From the NCBI GenBank assembly GCA_046497465.1, contig JAWOFO010000040.1:26715-90714 (forward strand): a stretch of 64,000 bases of DNA, given 5' to 3'. This document shows, in pieces, positions 9,868 to 19,665 of the stretch (position 1 is its first letter; the number at the start of each line of letters is the position of its first letter). The notes under the pieces are model-generated. The model searched no databases and was not told the DNA's origin. It worked only from the letters and a program-made list of their open reading frames with translations. A program made the translations under genes and the position numbers. The DNA is from Desulfobia sp. GTDB lineage: Bacteria; Desulfobacterota; Desulfobulbia; Desulfobulbales; SURF-16.

Positions 9868-10673
9868 CAGAGAACCTCCCTTCTAGAGATTAACAATAAG
9901 GAACGGAGAAAACTCAACCATTCGTCCAAACCTTCCTTGACTTTGCCCGACTCCTCCCTGAATCGAGATAAAGGTCCCCGGCGGTAAGCCTGTTTCCTGA
10001 ATACATCTTCACTGGTGGAGGAGAGGGCTATTATCTGTAAACCAGGATTAATGGACAAGGCCTCTCTGGTGGCTTCCTCCATGGAAAAATTAAAATAAGA
10101 TATTAAGTCGGTTTTGGTTATGACAAGGGCTTGAGAGCTTTGGAAAACAGAGGGATATTTTGCGGGCTTATCAGAACCCTCAGGCACTGAGATCAGGACA
10201 ACACGACAGTGTTCGCCAAGGGCAAAAGTTGCAGGACATACCAGGTTACCTACATTTTCAATAAAAATAAGATCAAATTGACTGCCGGCAGCCTCTTCCA
10301 GTCTGTGCAGTCCCTTATGGACGAGAGGGGCGTCAAGGTGGCAGGCCCCGCCAGTGGTCAACTGAACTACGGGAACACCTTTAGCCCTGATACGTTCGGC
10401 GTCTCTTTCGGTCTCAATATCTCCTTCGATAACCCCAATTCTTGATTCATTGGCCATAATCTCAATGGTTCTTTCCAAGAGCGTGGTCTTTCCCGAACCC
10501 GGACCGGAAATCATGTTGATCGCAACCGCCCCCATGGATTCTATATGCTCCCTGTTGGCCCGGGCCGCTTTTTCATTAGCCGCCAGCAGACTCTGATGAA
10601 CCTCGACAGTCTGAACTTCCCCCGCTTCACTACCACCTGCAGAAGAATTTTGGCATCCGCACGCTTCACACAT
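9867..10673 (-). CDS. hypB: Hydrogenase nickel-incorporation GTPase HypB
   Basis: 268 aa. It has the N-terminal MCEACGC metal-binding motif, a P-loop ([10 protein letters not shown]), ENVGNLVCP and ITKTDL. It carries an apparent ~25-aa extra segment before the conserved EGLDEWL tail. Confidence 0.9.
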   Translation of the reverse strand: MCEACGCQNSSAGGSEAGEVQTVEVHQSLLAANEKAARANREHIESMGAVAINMISGPGSGKTTLLERTIEIMANESRIGVIEGDIETERDAERIRAKGVPVVQLTTGGACHLDAPLVHKGLHRLEEAAGSQFDLIFIENVGNLVCPATFALGEHCRVVLISVPEGSDKPAKYPSVFQSSQALVITKTDLISYFNFSMEEATREALSINPGLQIIALSSTSEDVFRKQAYRRGPLSRFREESGKVKEGLDEWLSFLRSLLLISRREVL

Positions 10674-10686
10674 TTTTCCCCCCTGT

Positions 10687-10720
10687 TCAACTTTCCGGCT
10701 TACGCTATATTAATACCAAA
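10687..10720 (+). repeat. Partial or degenerate copy (E) of the intergenic IR-element family (left arm only)
   Basis: TCAACTTTCCGGCTTA followed by TATATTAATA matches the left arm CTCAACTTTCCGACTT plus the AT-rich segment of copies A and B. It lies 14 nt upstream of the hypB ATG. Confidence 0.4.
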
Positions 10721-10856
10721 GCGACATTATCTCTGTAATACGGAAATATTATAATCCAATAGATCTGCTTTTTCAGCACGAAGCTACCAAGGATTCTATT
10801 TACATCTATGGTAACCATAAAAAATCAAAAATTAGTGATGCCTGATTTTGGTTAGA

Positions 10857-11204
10857 TCATACCATCTCAACCTGCAGCAGAACCAGCTGTTCTCCTCCCT
10901 CCGGAAATGCATGGTCTCTGCCGCAACTTGAACAGACGGGCCAGGCATCGACATGACTTTCCAGTAAAGCGCCGCAACCGCTGCACCGGTAGACCGGGGT
11001 CGGTGAAACTACTTCCAGTTCAGCCTCCCGGCACAGTACATGCTCAGCAGCCAGAACTTCAAAACCGAACTTGAATGAGTCTATGACAATACCAGATCTG
11101 GGGCCTATCTCAACCCTGACTTTCAGGACCTTGCCTGCCTTGTTTTCTGTTACCAGCCTTTCCAGTTGATCTAAAAGTCCCTGGACGAGAGAAAGTTCAT
11201 GCAT
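10857..11204 (-). CDS. hypA: Hydrogenase nickel-incorporation protein HypA
   Basis: 115 aa. MHELSL at the N-terminus and two CxxC pairs (CSGCG, CSSCG) are typical of HypA. Confidence 0.9.
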   Translation of the reverse strand: MHELSLVQGLLDQLERLVTENKAGKVLKVRVEIGPRSGIVIDSFKFGFEVLAAEHVLCREAELEVVSPTPVYRCSGCGALLESHVDAWPVCSSCGRDHAFPEGGEQLVLLQVEMV

Positions 11205-11664
11205 GTAACCACTCTTTCAATCGATTTTCCACCATTGCTGCTACAACTTCAACCTTGGAGGCTAAAAGATCAGAGAGTTCCGTGCCGACATTCAAATCAA
11301 AAGGTACTATACCGATAAACTCGACAAGATCAGGAGATTCGCCCCTGAGTTCACAAAGACTCATAATCTCAAGAAAACCAAGTTGGTGGGGAGACATGCG
11401 TAACTGGACATTACCCCCCTGCATTTCCTTTCCGCTCAAAGTACATATTGTTCCGGGCAGACTGTCAAGAGCTAATACATCGACAACGATAAGCCGATCA
11501 CATTCTTCCAGAACAGAAGCCATATACATCCCGGCAGTGCCGCCATCAACCAGTTTCACTCCTGCAGGAAAAATGGTTCTGTTTTCCAGATGGCGTATAA
11601 CATGAATCCCGAATCCCTCGTCCTTGAGAAGAAGATTACCTATACCAAGAACTGTTATCTGCAT
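11197..11664 (-). CDS. Hydrogenase maturation endopeptidase (HyaD/HybD/HoxM family)
   Basis: The ATG at 11664 gives MQITVLGIGNLLLKDEGFGIHV, followed by LIVVDV, typical of this family. Its 3' end overlaps the hypA start by 8 nt. Confidence 0.85.
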   Translation of the reverse strand: MQITVLGIGNLLLKDEGFGIHVIRHLENRTIFPAGVKLVDGGTAGMYMASVLEECDRLIVVDVLALDSLPGTICTLSGKEMQGGNVQLRMSPHQLGFLEIMSLCELRGESPDLVEFIGIVPFDLNVGTELSDLLASKVEVVAAMVENRLKEWLHA

Positions 11665-11750
11665 ATTATCAAAAAAACAACCGGTCACCAAGGCTATAGC
11701 TATACACCCCCTGTCCGGTAAGCCTCCACCATTAAATCAACTGTAAATAA

Positions 11751-11866
11751 CTCAACTTTCCGACTTATTTATATCTATATGATACAACGTGAAAATTTCC
11801 CGTCAGACAGTGGTGTTTAGAGGTTGGCATGAAATCCTGCTGTTTTTCTTAAGTCGGAAAATTGAG
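11751..11866 (+). repeat. Intergenic IR element, copy A (116 bp, MITE/REP-like)
   Basis: The terminal inverted repeats are CTCAACTTTCCGACTT (11751-11766) and AAGTCGGAAAATTGAG (11851-11866). The conserved core ATATGATACAACGTGAAAATTTCCCGTCAGACAGTGGTGTTTAG lies at 11777-11820. Confidence 0.8.
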
Positions 11867-11943
11867 TAAATAAAAAAGCGATGATGGAAAAAAAAGAATC
11901 CCCACCATCGCTTTTAAAAAATCAAAAAATACCAAATTTTTAA

Positions 11944-13710
11944 TTAAAAAAGTCCCTTAACCTTACCGGTTTGGGTATCCACATCTATTCTGCGGTAAGC
12001 AGGATCGGAACCGGTACCGGGCATAAGCGGTATAGTGCCGGCAACCGGAACGACAAAACCGGCGCCCTTATAGGTTAGGATATCTCTAACCGGAAGGGTC
12101 CAGCCTTTGGGCACACCTTTGAGCTTGGGATCATGAGAAAGAGAGAGATGGGTCTTTACCATGCAGGTACCCAGTTCTTTCATATCCGGATCCTCTTCCA
12201 GTCTCTTGAGTTTGGCCTGGGCTTCGGGAGTATAGCTCACCCCGTCAGCGCCGTAAACTTCCTTGGCGATCAGTTCCACCCTCTTTTTCAAAGGGGCATC
12301 CAGGTCATAAAGCAACTTGAACTGATTTTCCTCCTCACAGGCATCCACTACAGCATCGGCAAACTCCAGGGCGCCGTCACCCCCGAGTTCCCAGTGACGG
12401 GAAAGGGCGGCCCTGGCACCGGCCTCTTCGCAGAGACGGCGTACCGCCTTGATCTCATTATCAGTATCAGTGTAAAAAGCATTGATACAGACAACCGGAT
12501 TAATTCCGGCCTTTTTGACGTTTTCAATATGGTGAATAAGGTTTTTGCAGCCCTCTTCAACCCAGCCGACATTCTCGCCCTTATACTCTTCCGGCATGGG
12601 TCTGCCCGGTACCGGAATAGGCGCGCCACCATGACATTTAAGGGCCCGGATGGTAGCAACCACAACCGCACAGTGAGGCTTGAGGCCACTGAAACGACAC
12701 TTGAGGTTCCAGAATTTTTCAAAACCGATATCAGCTCCGAAACCGCTCTCAGTAACCGTATAATCAGCCAGTTTCAGGCCAACCCGGTCGGCAATAATAG
12801 ATGACTGACCGATGGCGATATTGGCAAAAGGTCCGGCATGAACCAGGCAGGGCTGACCTTCCAGGGTCTGCATAAGATTGGGATTGATGGCCTTGACCAT
12901 CCAGGCGGTCATGGCACCGTCAACTTCCAAGTCTGCCGTAGTAATAGGCCGGTCCTGGCGATCATAGGCAACCACAATCTTGGCTATCCTTCTCCTCATA
13001 TCCTCCAGATCATTAGCCACAGCCAGGATTGCCATAATTTCCGAACTTACGGCAATGTTAAAACGGGACTGCATGGGAACGCCATTCATCTTGTTATCGC
13101 CGAGCCCTATATTAATCTCCCTCAGGGCCTGAGCACAGAAATCCATTATCCAGGTAAATTCAACTTTCTTAGGGTGGATGTCAAGCCGCTTGAGGTTTCG
13201 CTTGGCCAGCTGTTCGTCGGTGTAATTACTCTCATGCTGCATCCTGGATGTAAGAGCAACCATACCGAGGTTATGACAATTCATGATATCATTGATATCA
13301 CCAGTGAGCCCCAAAGAAAAAGGCGTCAGCGGTATACACTGGGCCAGGCCGCCGCCGGCGGCGCTGCCCTTGATGTTCATAGTCGGACCGCCGGAAGGCT
13401 GGCGGATAGCCCCGATTACCGACTTGTTCCTTTTCCCCAGCCCCTGGACCAGGCCCATAGCGCAGGTAGTCTTGCCTTCACCAAGTGGGGTAGGGGTTAT
13501 GGCGGTTACATCGATGTACTTGCCATCCGGTTTGCTCTCCTGACGACTCAGAATCTTCTTATAGTCAAGTTTAGCTACATAATGGCCATAAGGCAGAAGC
13601 TCTTCCTTCTCAAGGCCAAGTTGATCACCGAATTCATAAACGGTATGCATATCCTTCTCCGCATCTTCGGCAACTTCCCAGTCCGCGTATTTAGTTGGAT
13701 CCAAAGCCAT
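11944..13710 (-). CDS. fhs: Formate--tetrahydrofolate ligase
   Basis: 588 aa. [23 protein letters not shown] and [12 protein letters not shown] are diagnostic of FTHFS. Confidence 0.95.
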   Translation of the reverse strand: MALDPTKYADWEVAEDAEKDMHTVYEFGDQLGLEKEELLPYGHYVAKLDYKKILSRQESKPDGKYIDVTAITPTPLGEGKTTCAMGLVQGLGKRNKSVIGAIRQPSGGPTMNIKGSAAGGGLAQCIPLTPFSLGLTGDINDIMNCHNLGMVALTSRMQHESNYTDEQLAKRNLKRLDIHPKKVEFTWIMDFCAQALREINIGLGDNKMNGVPMQSRFNIAVSSEIMAILAVANDLEDMRRRIAKIVVAYDRQDRPITTADLEVDGAMTAWMVKAINPNLMQTLEGQPCLVHAGPFANIAIGQSSIIADRVGLKLADYTVTESGFGADIGFEKFWNLKCRFSGLKPHCAVVVATIRALKCHGGAPIPVPGRPMPEEYKGENVGWVEEGCKNLIHHIENVKKAGINPVVCINAFYTDTDNEIKAVRRLCEEAGARAALSRHWELGGDGALEFADAVVDACEEENQFKLLYDLDAPLKKRVELIAKEVYGADGVSYTPEAQAKLKRLEEDPDMKELGTCMVKTHLSLSHDPKLKGVPKGWTLPVRDILTYKGAGFVVPVAGTIPLMPGTGSDPAYRRIDVDTQTGKVKGLF

Positions 13711-13799
13711 AAATCTCCTCCTTGGTGATAGTTAATTTTAAAATTCAGCCGCTGACATATCTTTACAAGAGAAAAAACATAATAACTAAAAAATCAACT

Positions 13800-14747
13800 T
13801 TACACAACCACATAGTCAAAAATGCCCGGAAACTTGGCTTTAAAGTCACTCAGAAGAGGAATCATGACCTCGCGCATAGAAGGATCAGCCCCTTTCGAGG
13901 TACGGAGGCGAAAAATGTGGAGCCACTCCAGAAGATTGGCATAGACAATGATTTCCGTCTTACAGGAATTGGGCAAAACAGTCCGGGCCGCTTGAGGTGT
14001 AACGGTCTCCAGCAGCTTCAGATAAATATTCTCGGATTCGCTCATAGCCTCGAACCACTGCTTGTATTCCGGACTTCCCTCAGTGAAAAACATCGGCTTT
14101 ATAAAAGTAACCTGGCTACCGAACTTTTCGTTACTGTAACGGCAGTAACGCTGACTTTCCTGCAGGAAACTGCAGGGCCGATGCCTGACGATTTCGTGAC
14201 TTACCGCCCGGTTGACCGTAAATTTTACCGCTATATAACGATGTTTGGCCTTAAGATCGATTGAAAATTGATCCACTTCCGCAAGCGGGACTTTTCTCAC
14301 CTCTATCCCCTGTTGGGGAAAAAGGCCGTGCCTGGGCAGAAGGTCCTCAAAAAAAAGTGGGTATCTGCCGGCCAGAAATTCTACGGCGGCCTTGACTATC
14401 TTAAGCCTGCCGTAATCTATATAAAGCTCCCGAAAGGCCCTCATGGAACCGGTAACCAGCAGTCTTTTCTTTTCCAGGCGATCAATTTGAAAAAACCTGG
14501 GCTGGGCAGCGAAAAAATGGCCGGCCTGGGACTCCAGGTCAAAATCTATCTGAAGGGTAACCACAGCCATTTCCACTACGGAATTATGACCCTGTTCTAT
14601 TATCTTTTTGATAAAAAGAGGGGCAGACTCCATGGTTATCTTATCTTCACTTTTATAACATAGCCGGCCGCACTTCTCTATCCTGATAGCCGGACTTTCA
14701 GTATCAAGATCCTCCATGATTTCCCAGGACGGGGATATTATCTTCAA
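13800..14747 (-). CDS. thyX: FAD-dependent thymidylate synthase ThyX (long form)
   Basis: 315 aa. The ThyX signature RHRPCSFLQESQRY (RHR-x7-S...RY) is present, along with GHNSVVEM and the LRTSKGA...REV C-terminal region. Confidence 0.8.
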   Translation of the reverse strand: MKIISPSWEIMEDLDTESPAIRIEKCGRLCYKSEDKITMESAPLFIKKIIEQGHNSVVEMAVVTLQIDFDLESQAGHFFAAQPRFFQIDRLEKKRLLVTGSMRAFRELYIDYGRLKIVKAAVEFLAGRYPLFFEDLLPRHGLFPQQGIEVRKVPLAEVDQFSIDLKAKHRYIAVKFTVNRAVSHEIVRHRPCSFLQESQRYCRYSNEKFGSQVTFIKPMFFTEGSPEYKQWFEAMSESENIYLKLLETVTPQAARTVLPNSCKTEIIVYANLLEWLHIFRLRTSKGADPSMREVMIPLLSDFKAKFPGIFDYVVV

Positions 14748-14995
14748 TTCTCTGCCTCTTAAATTTCAGTTATCAGTTCAAAGAATTTTCTACCGTCCGC
14801 AGAGACGGGTTTATACGGTAATTTTGAAATTTGAACATCGAATGACGAATTTGGAAGGTTTCTACTTCAACGTTCCACAATTCATCATTCATTACTCTAG
14901 GTTTCCTTTCAGGACATCTCCCATTTTTTACTGACCTCATATAAATTAAGATAGCAGAATAAGACAGTTATTCTAACTAAGAAGTAACATCAATA

Positions 14996-15138
14996 ATTGG
15001 GGGGAAGCCCTTTGGATTCCGGCGCCTGTCCCGGACTTCGATCCGGGATTAGCCGGAATGACGAAACAAGGCAGCCAGCCGTCATTCCAGCGGAAGCTGG
15101 AATCCAGTACCGTGCCGGAGAAAGCAATCCCCCCGATT
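14996..15138. repeat. Composite palindromic (nested-hairpin) element bounded by G6/C6 imperfect terminal inverted repeats
   Basis: Left end AATTGGGGGGAAGC versus the reverse complement of the right end AATCGGGGGGATTGC. Outer stem ATTCCGGC (15016-23) pairs with GCCGGAAT (15052-59). Inner stem TCCCGGA (15029-35) pairs with TCCGGGA (15042-48). A second hairpin pairs ATTCCAGC (15084-91) with GCTGGAAT (15096-103) across a GGAA loop. Confidence 0.7.
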
Positions 15139-15199
15139 TATTGAGAAGATAGTCTCAAATGATCCAACATGCTGATTTTATAATCAAACCAATGTGAAG

Positions 15200-16384
15200 T
15201 TAGTATAAAATGGGTGATGTCCTTGTTCCCTTTCCCTTGACAATATCCGGAAAGACTTTTATGAGATAATCCACTTCGGCCTCTGTGCTGTAAATACTCA
15301 GACTCAAACGTACTGTACCGTAACCAGCAGGAACATTCATGGCCTGTAACACATGGGAAGGTTGACAGATACCTGCCTTACAGGCAGCACCCGCAGAAAC
15401 GCAGATGCCCAAATCATCAAAGCGGCGCACCAACTCATCTCCCCTTACCCCGGGTATTCTGATGCTGCAGGTATTGGAGAGCCGCTTACTGCCCCCTCCG
15501 TTTACTGCCGCCCCTGGTATCACCTCCTGCAGACCTTTTTCCAATTTGTTCCGAAGATACCTGATACTATTATCAATCCCTTTAAGATTGGCTGCAGCCA
15601 GCTCACAGGCCTGTCCCAGGCCAACTATACAAGCCGTATTCTCTGTACCGGAACGCCGGCCATTCTCCTGTCCTCCACCGGGAAAAAAAGGATAAAAAGG
15701 AGCTCCCTGCCGGACATAAAGGGCTCCTGTCCCTTTGGGTGCATGAAACTTATGGCCGGACATGGAGAGATAGTCCACCGGTATCTCTCTCATATCAAGG
15801 GGAATCTTGCCGACTGCCTGGACCGCATCAGTATGGAAAAGTACCTCATATTTTCTGGCTATCCGGGCCAATTCTTCAACAGGGAAGATAACACCTGTCT
15901 CGTTGTTGGCCCACATAATGGTTGCCAAAACCGTATCGTCGCATAAGGAATCCTCAAACTCACGGAGATCAATTCTTCCTTCCCGGTCTACAGATAGAGT
16001 GGTCAACCGGTACTCTCTGCCTGTTATCTCTGTAAGGTTTTCACAAAGATTTTTTACCGCCGGATGCTCTACAGCTGTAGTAACAAGGTGCCTTTTCCCC
16101 GGAAAACTCTTCAGGGCGGCAAGAATTGCGGTAACATCGCTTTCCGTACCGCAACTGGTATAAATGATTTCTTCAGGCCTGCAGTTAAGCAGGGAGGCTG
16201 TCTGTTCCCTGGCCTCGGAAACTACCCGGGCTGCACGGGCACCAAGGAAATGGCCGCTGGAAGGATTGCCGTAGTCTTCGCCGAAAAAGGGGAGCATAGC
16301 CTCCACCACCTGAGGCGCCACTTTAGTGGTGGCATTGTTGTCCAGGTATATGAAGCGGTCTTTATTCATTAATTCTATCGACAT
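15200..16384 (-). CDS. nifS: Cysteine desulfurase (NifS/IscS class V aminotransferase)
   Basis: 394 aa. IYLDNNATT, SGHKFHAPKGTGALYV (PLP lysine) and the active-site loop SAGAACK are present. Confidence 0.9.
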   Translation of the reverse strand: MSIELMNKDRFIYLDNNATTKVAPQVVEAMLPFFGEDYGNPSSGHFLGARAARVVSEAREQTASLLNCRPEEIIYTSCGTESDVTAILAALKSFPGKRHLVTTAVEHPAVKNLCENLTEITGREYRLTTLSVDREGRIDLREFEDSLCDDTVLATIMWANNETGVIFPVEELARIARKYEVLFHTDAVQAVGKIPLDMREIPVDYLSMSGHKFHAPKGTGALYVRQGAPFYPFFPGGGQENGRRSGTENTACIVGLGQACELAAANLKGIDNSIRYLRNKLEKGLQEVIPGAAVNGGGSKRLSNTCSIRIPGVRGDELVRRFDDLGICVSAGAACKAGICQPSHVLQAMNVPAGYGTVRLSLSIYSTEAEVDYLIKVFPDIVKGKGTRTSPILY

Positions 16385-16455
16385 GGATCTGTTATTTCTT
16401 TTTGAGCTGCCTGAGCTAATCTCAACAAGAACATGAAAACCGGGAGGTTCAGTAA

Positions 16456-16555
16456 CTCAACTTTCCGACTTGATTTATCTATATGATACAACGTGAAAAT
16501 TTCCAGTCAGACAATGGTGTTTATTTGCTTGTTTTTCTTAAGTCGAAAAATTGAG
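16456..16555 (+). repeat. Intergenic IR element, copy B (100 bp)
   Basis: CTCAACTTTCCGACTT lies at 16456-16471 and AAGTCGAAAAATTGAG at 16540-16555. The core starts at 16481 (ATATGATACAACGTGAAAATTTCCAGTCAGACAATGGTGTTTA). It lacks about 20 nt present in copy A. Confidence 0.8.
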
Positions 16556-16632
16556 TCAGTAATAAAAGCAGATCGGCAGGCATCATCGTATCATGGTAGG
16601 TTTAATAGTCAAGCATAAACGCCCGTATCGCA

Positions 16633-18459
16633 TCAACGATGAAAATGCCGATAGATCCTGGCAGCAGACCCTCTGCCTATGCCCGGGACCTTTTCCAGAT
16701 CCTCGATACCGGCATTCCTGATACGTTTAAGACTGCCCAGTTCTTTAAGAAGATCTTCCTTCCTGCTCCTGCCTATCCCCGGAATATCATCAAGCTCAGA
16801 AACAAAAGTTTTCCTTTGTCTCTGGCGGCGGTGAAAGCTGATGGCAAATCTATGGGCCTCATCCCTGATCTGCATCAGGAGCAGTAGCAAGGGGGAATGG
16901 GCTGTTAGTTTTACTGGGTTTTTCCGGCCCGGCCGGTAAATCTTTTCGCCTTCCCCCTGTCTTTCTTTAGCTATACCGGCCACTTCGATCCTGCCTGTCA
17001 GATCAAAACCCTCAAGGACCCGGCTCACTATATTTAATTGACCCTTGCCTCCGTCAACCAGCAGGAGATCGGGCAAATCTCCTGCTTCAACCCCTTTTTT
17101 AAGCCGACGCCCTATAACCTCAGCCATCATAGCGTAATCATCAGGGCCTGCCACGGATTTTATATTATAATGCCGATATCTTTTTTTATCTTTAGAGCCG
17201 TGCCTGTAACTGACCAGAGAACCGACAGCATTGCTGCCGCTGATATTGGAGATATCCAGGCATTCAATCCGGTGGGGTTTCCTGGAAAGTTGCAACCTTT
17301 CAGCCAGTCCGACGGCCGTAGCCTGCCAGGACTTTTCCTTTTTATCCTGATCCTCAAAAACCTGTCTGGCATTACAATTGGCAATTTCCACCAGCTTTCG
17401 CAAGTCTCCCCTTTTGGGTACTTTTAAACGGACTTTAATTCCTGACTTCTCTCCAAGATACTCCGAGAGAAGCTTTGGCTCAGAAGTTTCAAAAGGCAGG
17501 GCAATTTCCCGGGGCGCGCTTTTATCGCCATCAAAGTAATCCCGGATAACCTCTGTAAGTATGTCTCCGTCTTTACCCAGAGGTTCGGCCAGAAAAAATG
17601 AGTGCTGACCGGAGACCTGCCCCTTTTTAACAGTTAACATGGCGACTGCGGCAGAAGTACCTCTTCGGGCAAAACCGATCACCTCTCTATCCTGACAGTC
17701 TGCCCCGGCAACCAGTTGTTTTTCCAGGGTCGAAGACAGGGCATTAATCTGATCCCTGTAGAAAGCAGCCTCTTCAAAACGCTGATCATCAGAGGCCCTG
17801 GTCATTTTTTCTTTGAGGACCCGGACAAGGTTACGGTCCCTGCCTTCCAAGACCATCAAGACTCCGGAGACCATTTCCTGGTATTTTTCCTCATCAACAT
17901 TCCCGGAGCAGGGGGCAATACAACGCCCCATCTGAAAGTTCAGGCAGGGACGGTCCCGGAGAGAAACATCCTTTTTCTTGCAACGACGAAGGGGGAACAG
18001 GGAATTAAGGAACTTTAAAGTCGCCTTCATTGTCGAAGCAGAAGAATAGGGCCCGAAATAGCGGGAGCCGTCTTTTTTCTTTTTTCTGGTCACCAACAGG
18101 CGGGGCCACTTCTCCTGTACAGTCACCTTTATATAAGGATAGCTCTTATCATCCTTGAGCCGGACATTATACCTGGGCCGATACTCCTTAATAAGAGAGG
18201 CCTCCAGGATAAAAGCCTCTTTATCTGTCCGGGTAATTATGGTTTCAACACTGGCAACCCTGCCCAGCATGACTGCGGTCTTGGTGGGAATTCCTCCTTT
18301 CCGGCGAACATAGGAGGCCAGCCTTTTTCTCAGGTTCACGGCCTTACCCACATAAACAGCCCTGCCCTGCCAGTCATACATAATATAAACTCCGGGCTCC
18401 CGGGCCACTGACCTTAAAAATTCGGCATTAATAACCTCGGTGGGCTCTTTTGGGGTCAT
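16633..18459 (-). CDS. uvrC: Excinuclease ABC subunit C
   Basis: 608 aa. It has an N-terminal GIY-YIG domain (PGVYIMYD...VYVGKA), the central UvrC domains and C-terminal (HhH)2 helices (IPGIGRSRKEDLL). Confidence 0.95.
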   Translation of the reverse strand: MTPKEPTEVINAEFLRSVAREPGVYIMYDWQGRAVYVGKAVNLRKRLASYVRRKGGIPTKTAVMLGRVASVETIITRTDKEAFILEASLIKEYRPRYNVRLKDDKSYPYIKVTVQEKWPRLLVTRKKKKDGSRYFGPYSSASTMKATLKFLNSLFPLRRCKKKDVSLRDRPCLNFQMGRCIAPCSGNVDEEKYQEMVSGVLMVLEGRDRNLVRVLKEKMTRASDDQRFEEAAFYRDQINALSSTLEKQLVAGADCQDREVIGFARRGTSAAVAMLTVKKGQVSGQHSFFLAEPLGKDGDILTEVIRDYFDGDKSAPREIALPFETSEPKLLSEYLGEKSGIKVRLKVPKRGDLRKLVEIANCNARQVFEDQDKKEKSWQATAVGLAERLQLSRKPHRIECLDISNISGSNAVGSLVSYRHGSKDKKRYRHYNIKSVAGPDDYAMMAEVIGRRLKKGVEAGDLPDLLLVDGGKGQLNIVSRVLEGFDLTGRIEVAGIAKERQGEGEKIYRPGRKNPVKLTAHSPLLLLLMQIRDEAHRFAISFHRRQRQRKTFVSELDDIPGIGRSRKEDLLKELGSLKRIRNAGIEDLEKVPGIGRGSAARIYRHFHR

Positions 18460-18565
18460 TACTTAAAGATCAGCTCAGTTCAGGGTTAACAGCCAGCACC
18501 TGTCCATTCATACGAAATATACCAGGCAGCTTTCAACTATCAGCAAAAATCCATCCTGGTATTTC

Positions 18566-19264
18566 TCACTTTTCACTCTCATTCTTCCTGACATTCTCCT
18601 TAATATACCCCACTATCTCCCCCACATCATCCATCACCCGAAAAATATCCAGATCTTCTGCTTCGATGCTCCTTGAAAAAACAAGACTATCCTGCAGCCA
18701 GTCAACTAAGCCCTGCCAGTAGCTGCTGCCAACTAAAATGATGGGAAAAGGTTTTATGCGTCGCGTCTGGATAAGGGTAAATGCCTCAAAAAGTTCGTCC
18801 AGGGATCCGAAACCGCCCGGCATACAGATAAAGGCCATGGCATACTTGACCAGCATAACCTTGCGCACAAAAAAATACCGGAATTCCAGGGGCAGATTAG
18901 TGTACTTGTTTTCTTCCTGTTCATGGGGGAGAGATATATTAAGTCCTATGGAACGGGCACCGACCTCAGAAGCCCCTCGGTTGGCGGCCTCCATTATTCC
19001 GGGGCCACCGCCGGTCATAATGGCATAACCGGCTTTACCCAAACCACGGCCGATCTCCACCGCCATCTGATAAAACTTGTCATTCTCTCTTATGCGGGCC
19101 GAACCAAAAACTGAGACAGCGGGTCCTTTCACCGAAGCCAAAGAGTCAAAACCTTCAACAAACTCGGACATTATCTTAAAAAGACGCCAGGAATCACCTG
19201 CCTTGAAGTCATCCAGAACATACCGCCGTTTTTCTTCATCTTCAGGACTATATGGAAATCTCAT
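18566..19264 (-). CDS. LOG-family (TIGR00730) nucleotide 5'-monophosphate nucleosidase
   Basis: 232 aa. Contains GGGPGIMEAANRGA and PGGFGSLDELFE (the PGGxGTxxE motif). Confidence 0.85.
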   Translation of the reverse strand: MRFPYSPEDEEKRRYVLDDFKAGDSWRLFKIMSEFVEGFDSLASVKGPAVSVFGSARIRENDKFYQMAVEIGRGLGKAGYAIMTGGGPGIMEAANRGASEVGARSIGLNISLPHEQEENKYTNLPLEFRYFFVRKVMLVKYAMAFICMPGGFGSLDELFEAFTLIQTRRIKPFPIILVGSSYWQGLVDWLQDSLVFSRSIEAEDLDIFRVMDDVGEIVGYIKENVRKNESEK

Positions 19265-19323
19265 ATCAAGCTCATTGGTAGAATTTCAAGGCTCAGAAAT
19301 ATTAAGAAATAAAACCCTGCAAA

Positions 19324-19665
19324 TCAACAAGTCAGATGAAAACCGGCACACACGTTAGCACCCTCCCCTGTCATCCGGTTAAAGGTCTCCACTGCTTTAG
19401 CGGTAGGTTCTTCTATGAGGACTATCCCCTGTTCCTTCAGATAATTTCTGAGTTCTTTTGTGGCTTTCATCAGGCCGGGTTTGCCCTGGCCCAGAATTAT
19501 GGTATCAGGTGCGGCCTTAACCATTTCTCCGATATCTTCCGGTACCACCGAATGGCCTGATTTTCGCCACCAACTCCCGTTGACCCCCCGGGGAGTAATA
19601 AGCACATCACTGGTATAGGTTCTGCCGTCAATTACTATTCTGCCGAACTCATAACTGGTAATCAT
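19324..19665 (-). CDS. Mth938-domain (DUF498) protein
   Basis: 113 aa. The pattern MITSYEFGRIVIDGRTYTSDVLITP...IILGQGKPG is typical of the family. Confidence 0.65.
   Translation of the reverse strand: MITSYEFGRIVIDGRTYTSDVLITPRGVNGSWWRKSGHSVVPEDIGEMVKAAPDTIILGQGKPGLMKATKELRNYLKEQGIVLIEEPTAKAVETFNRMTGEGANVCAGFHLTC

Noticed and set aside
11779-11820. A 13-codon ORF (MIQRENFPSDSGV) inside the conserved core of the IR element.
   Set aside because: Copy D has a stop at codon 3 (ATG ATA TAG) and copy B reads through to a different C-terminus. Conservation is therefore at the nucleotide level, not the peptide level.
13711-13799. A ZTP (pfl) or THF riboswitch upstream of fhs.
   Set aside because: The 89-nt leader is AT-rich and lacks the GGGUCGUGAC / CCGCCUGGGC-type pseudoknot elements, so there is no support.
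14716-14934. A 72-aa plus-strand ORF between thyX and the palindromic element.
   Set aside because: It overlaps the thyX 5' end, has no RBS or motifs and an odd composition, so it is likely spurious.
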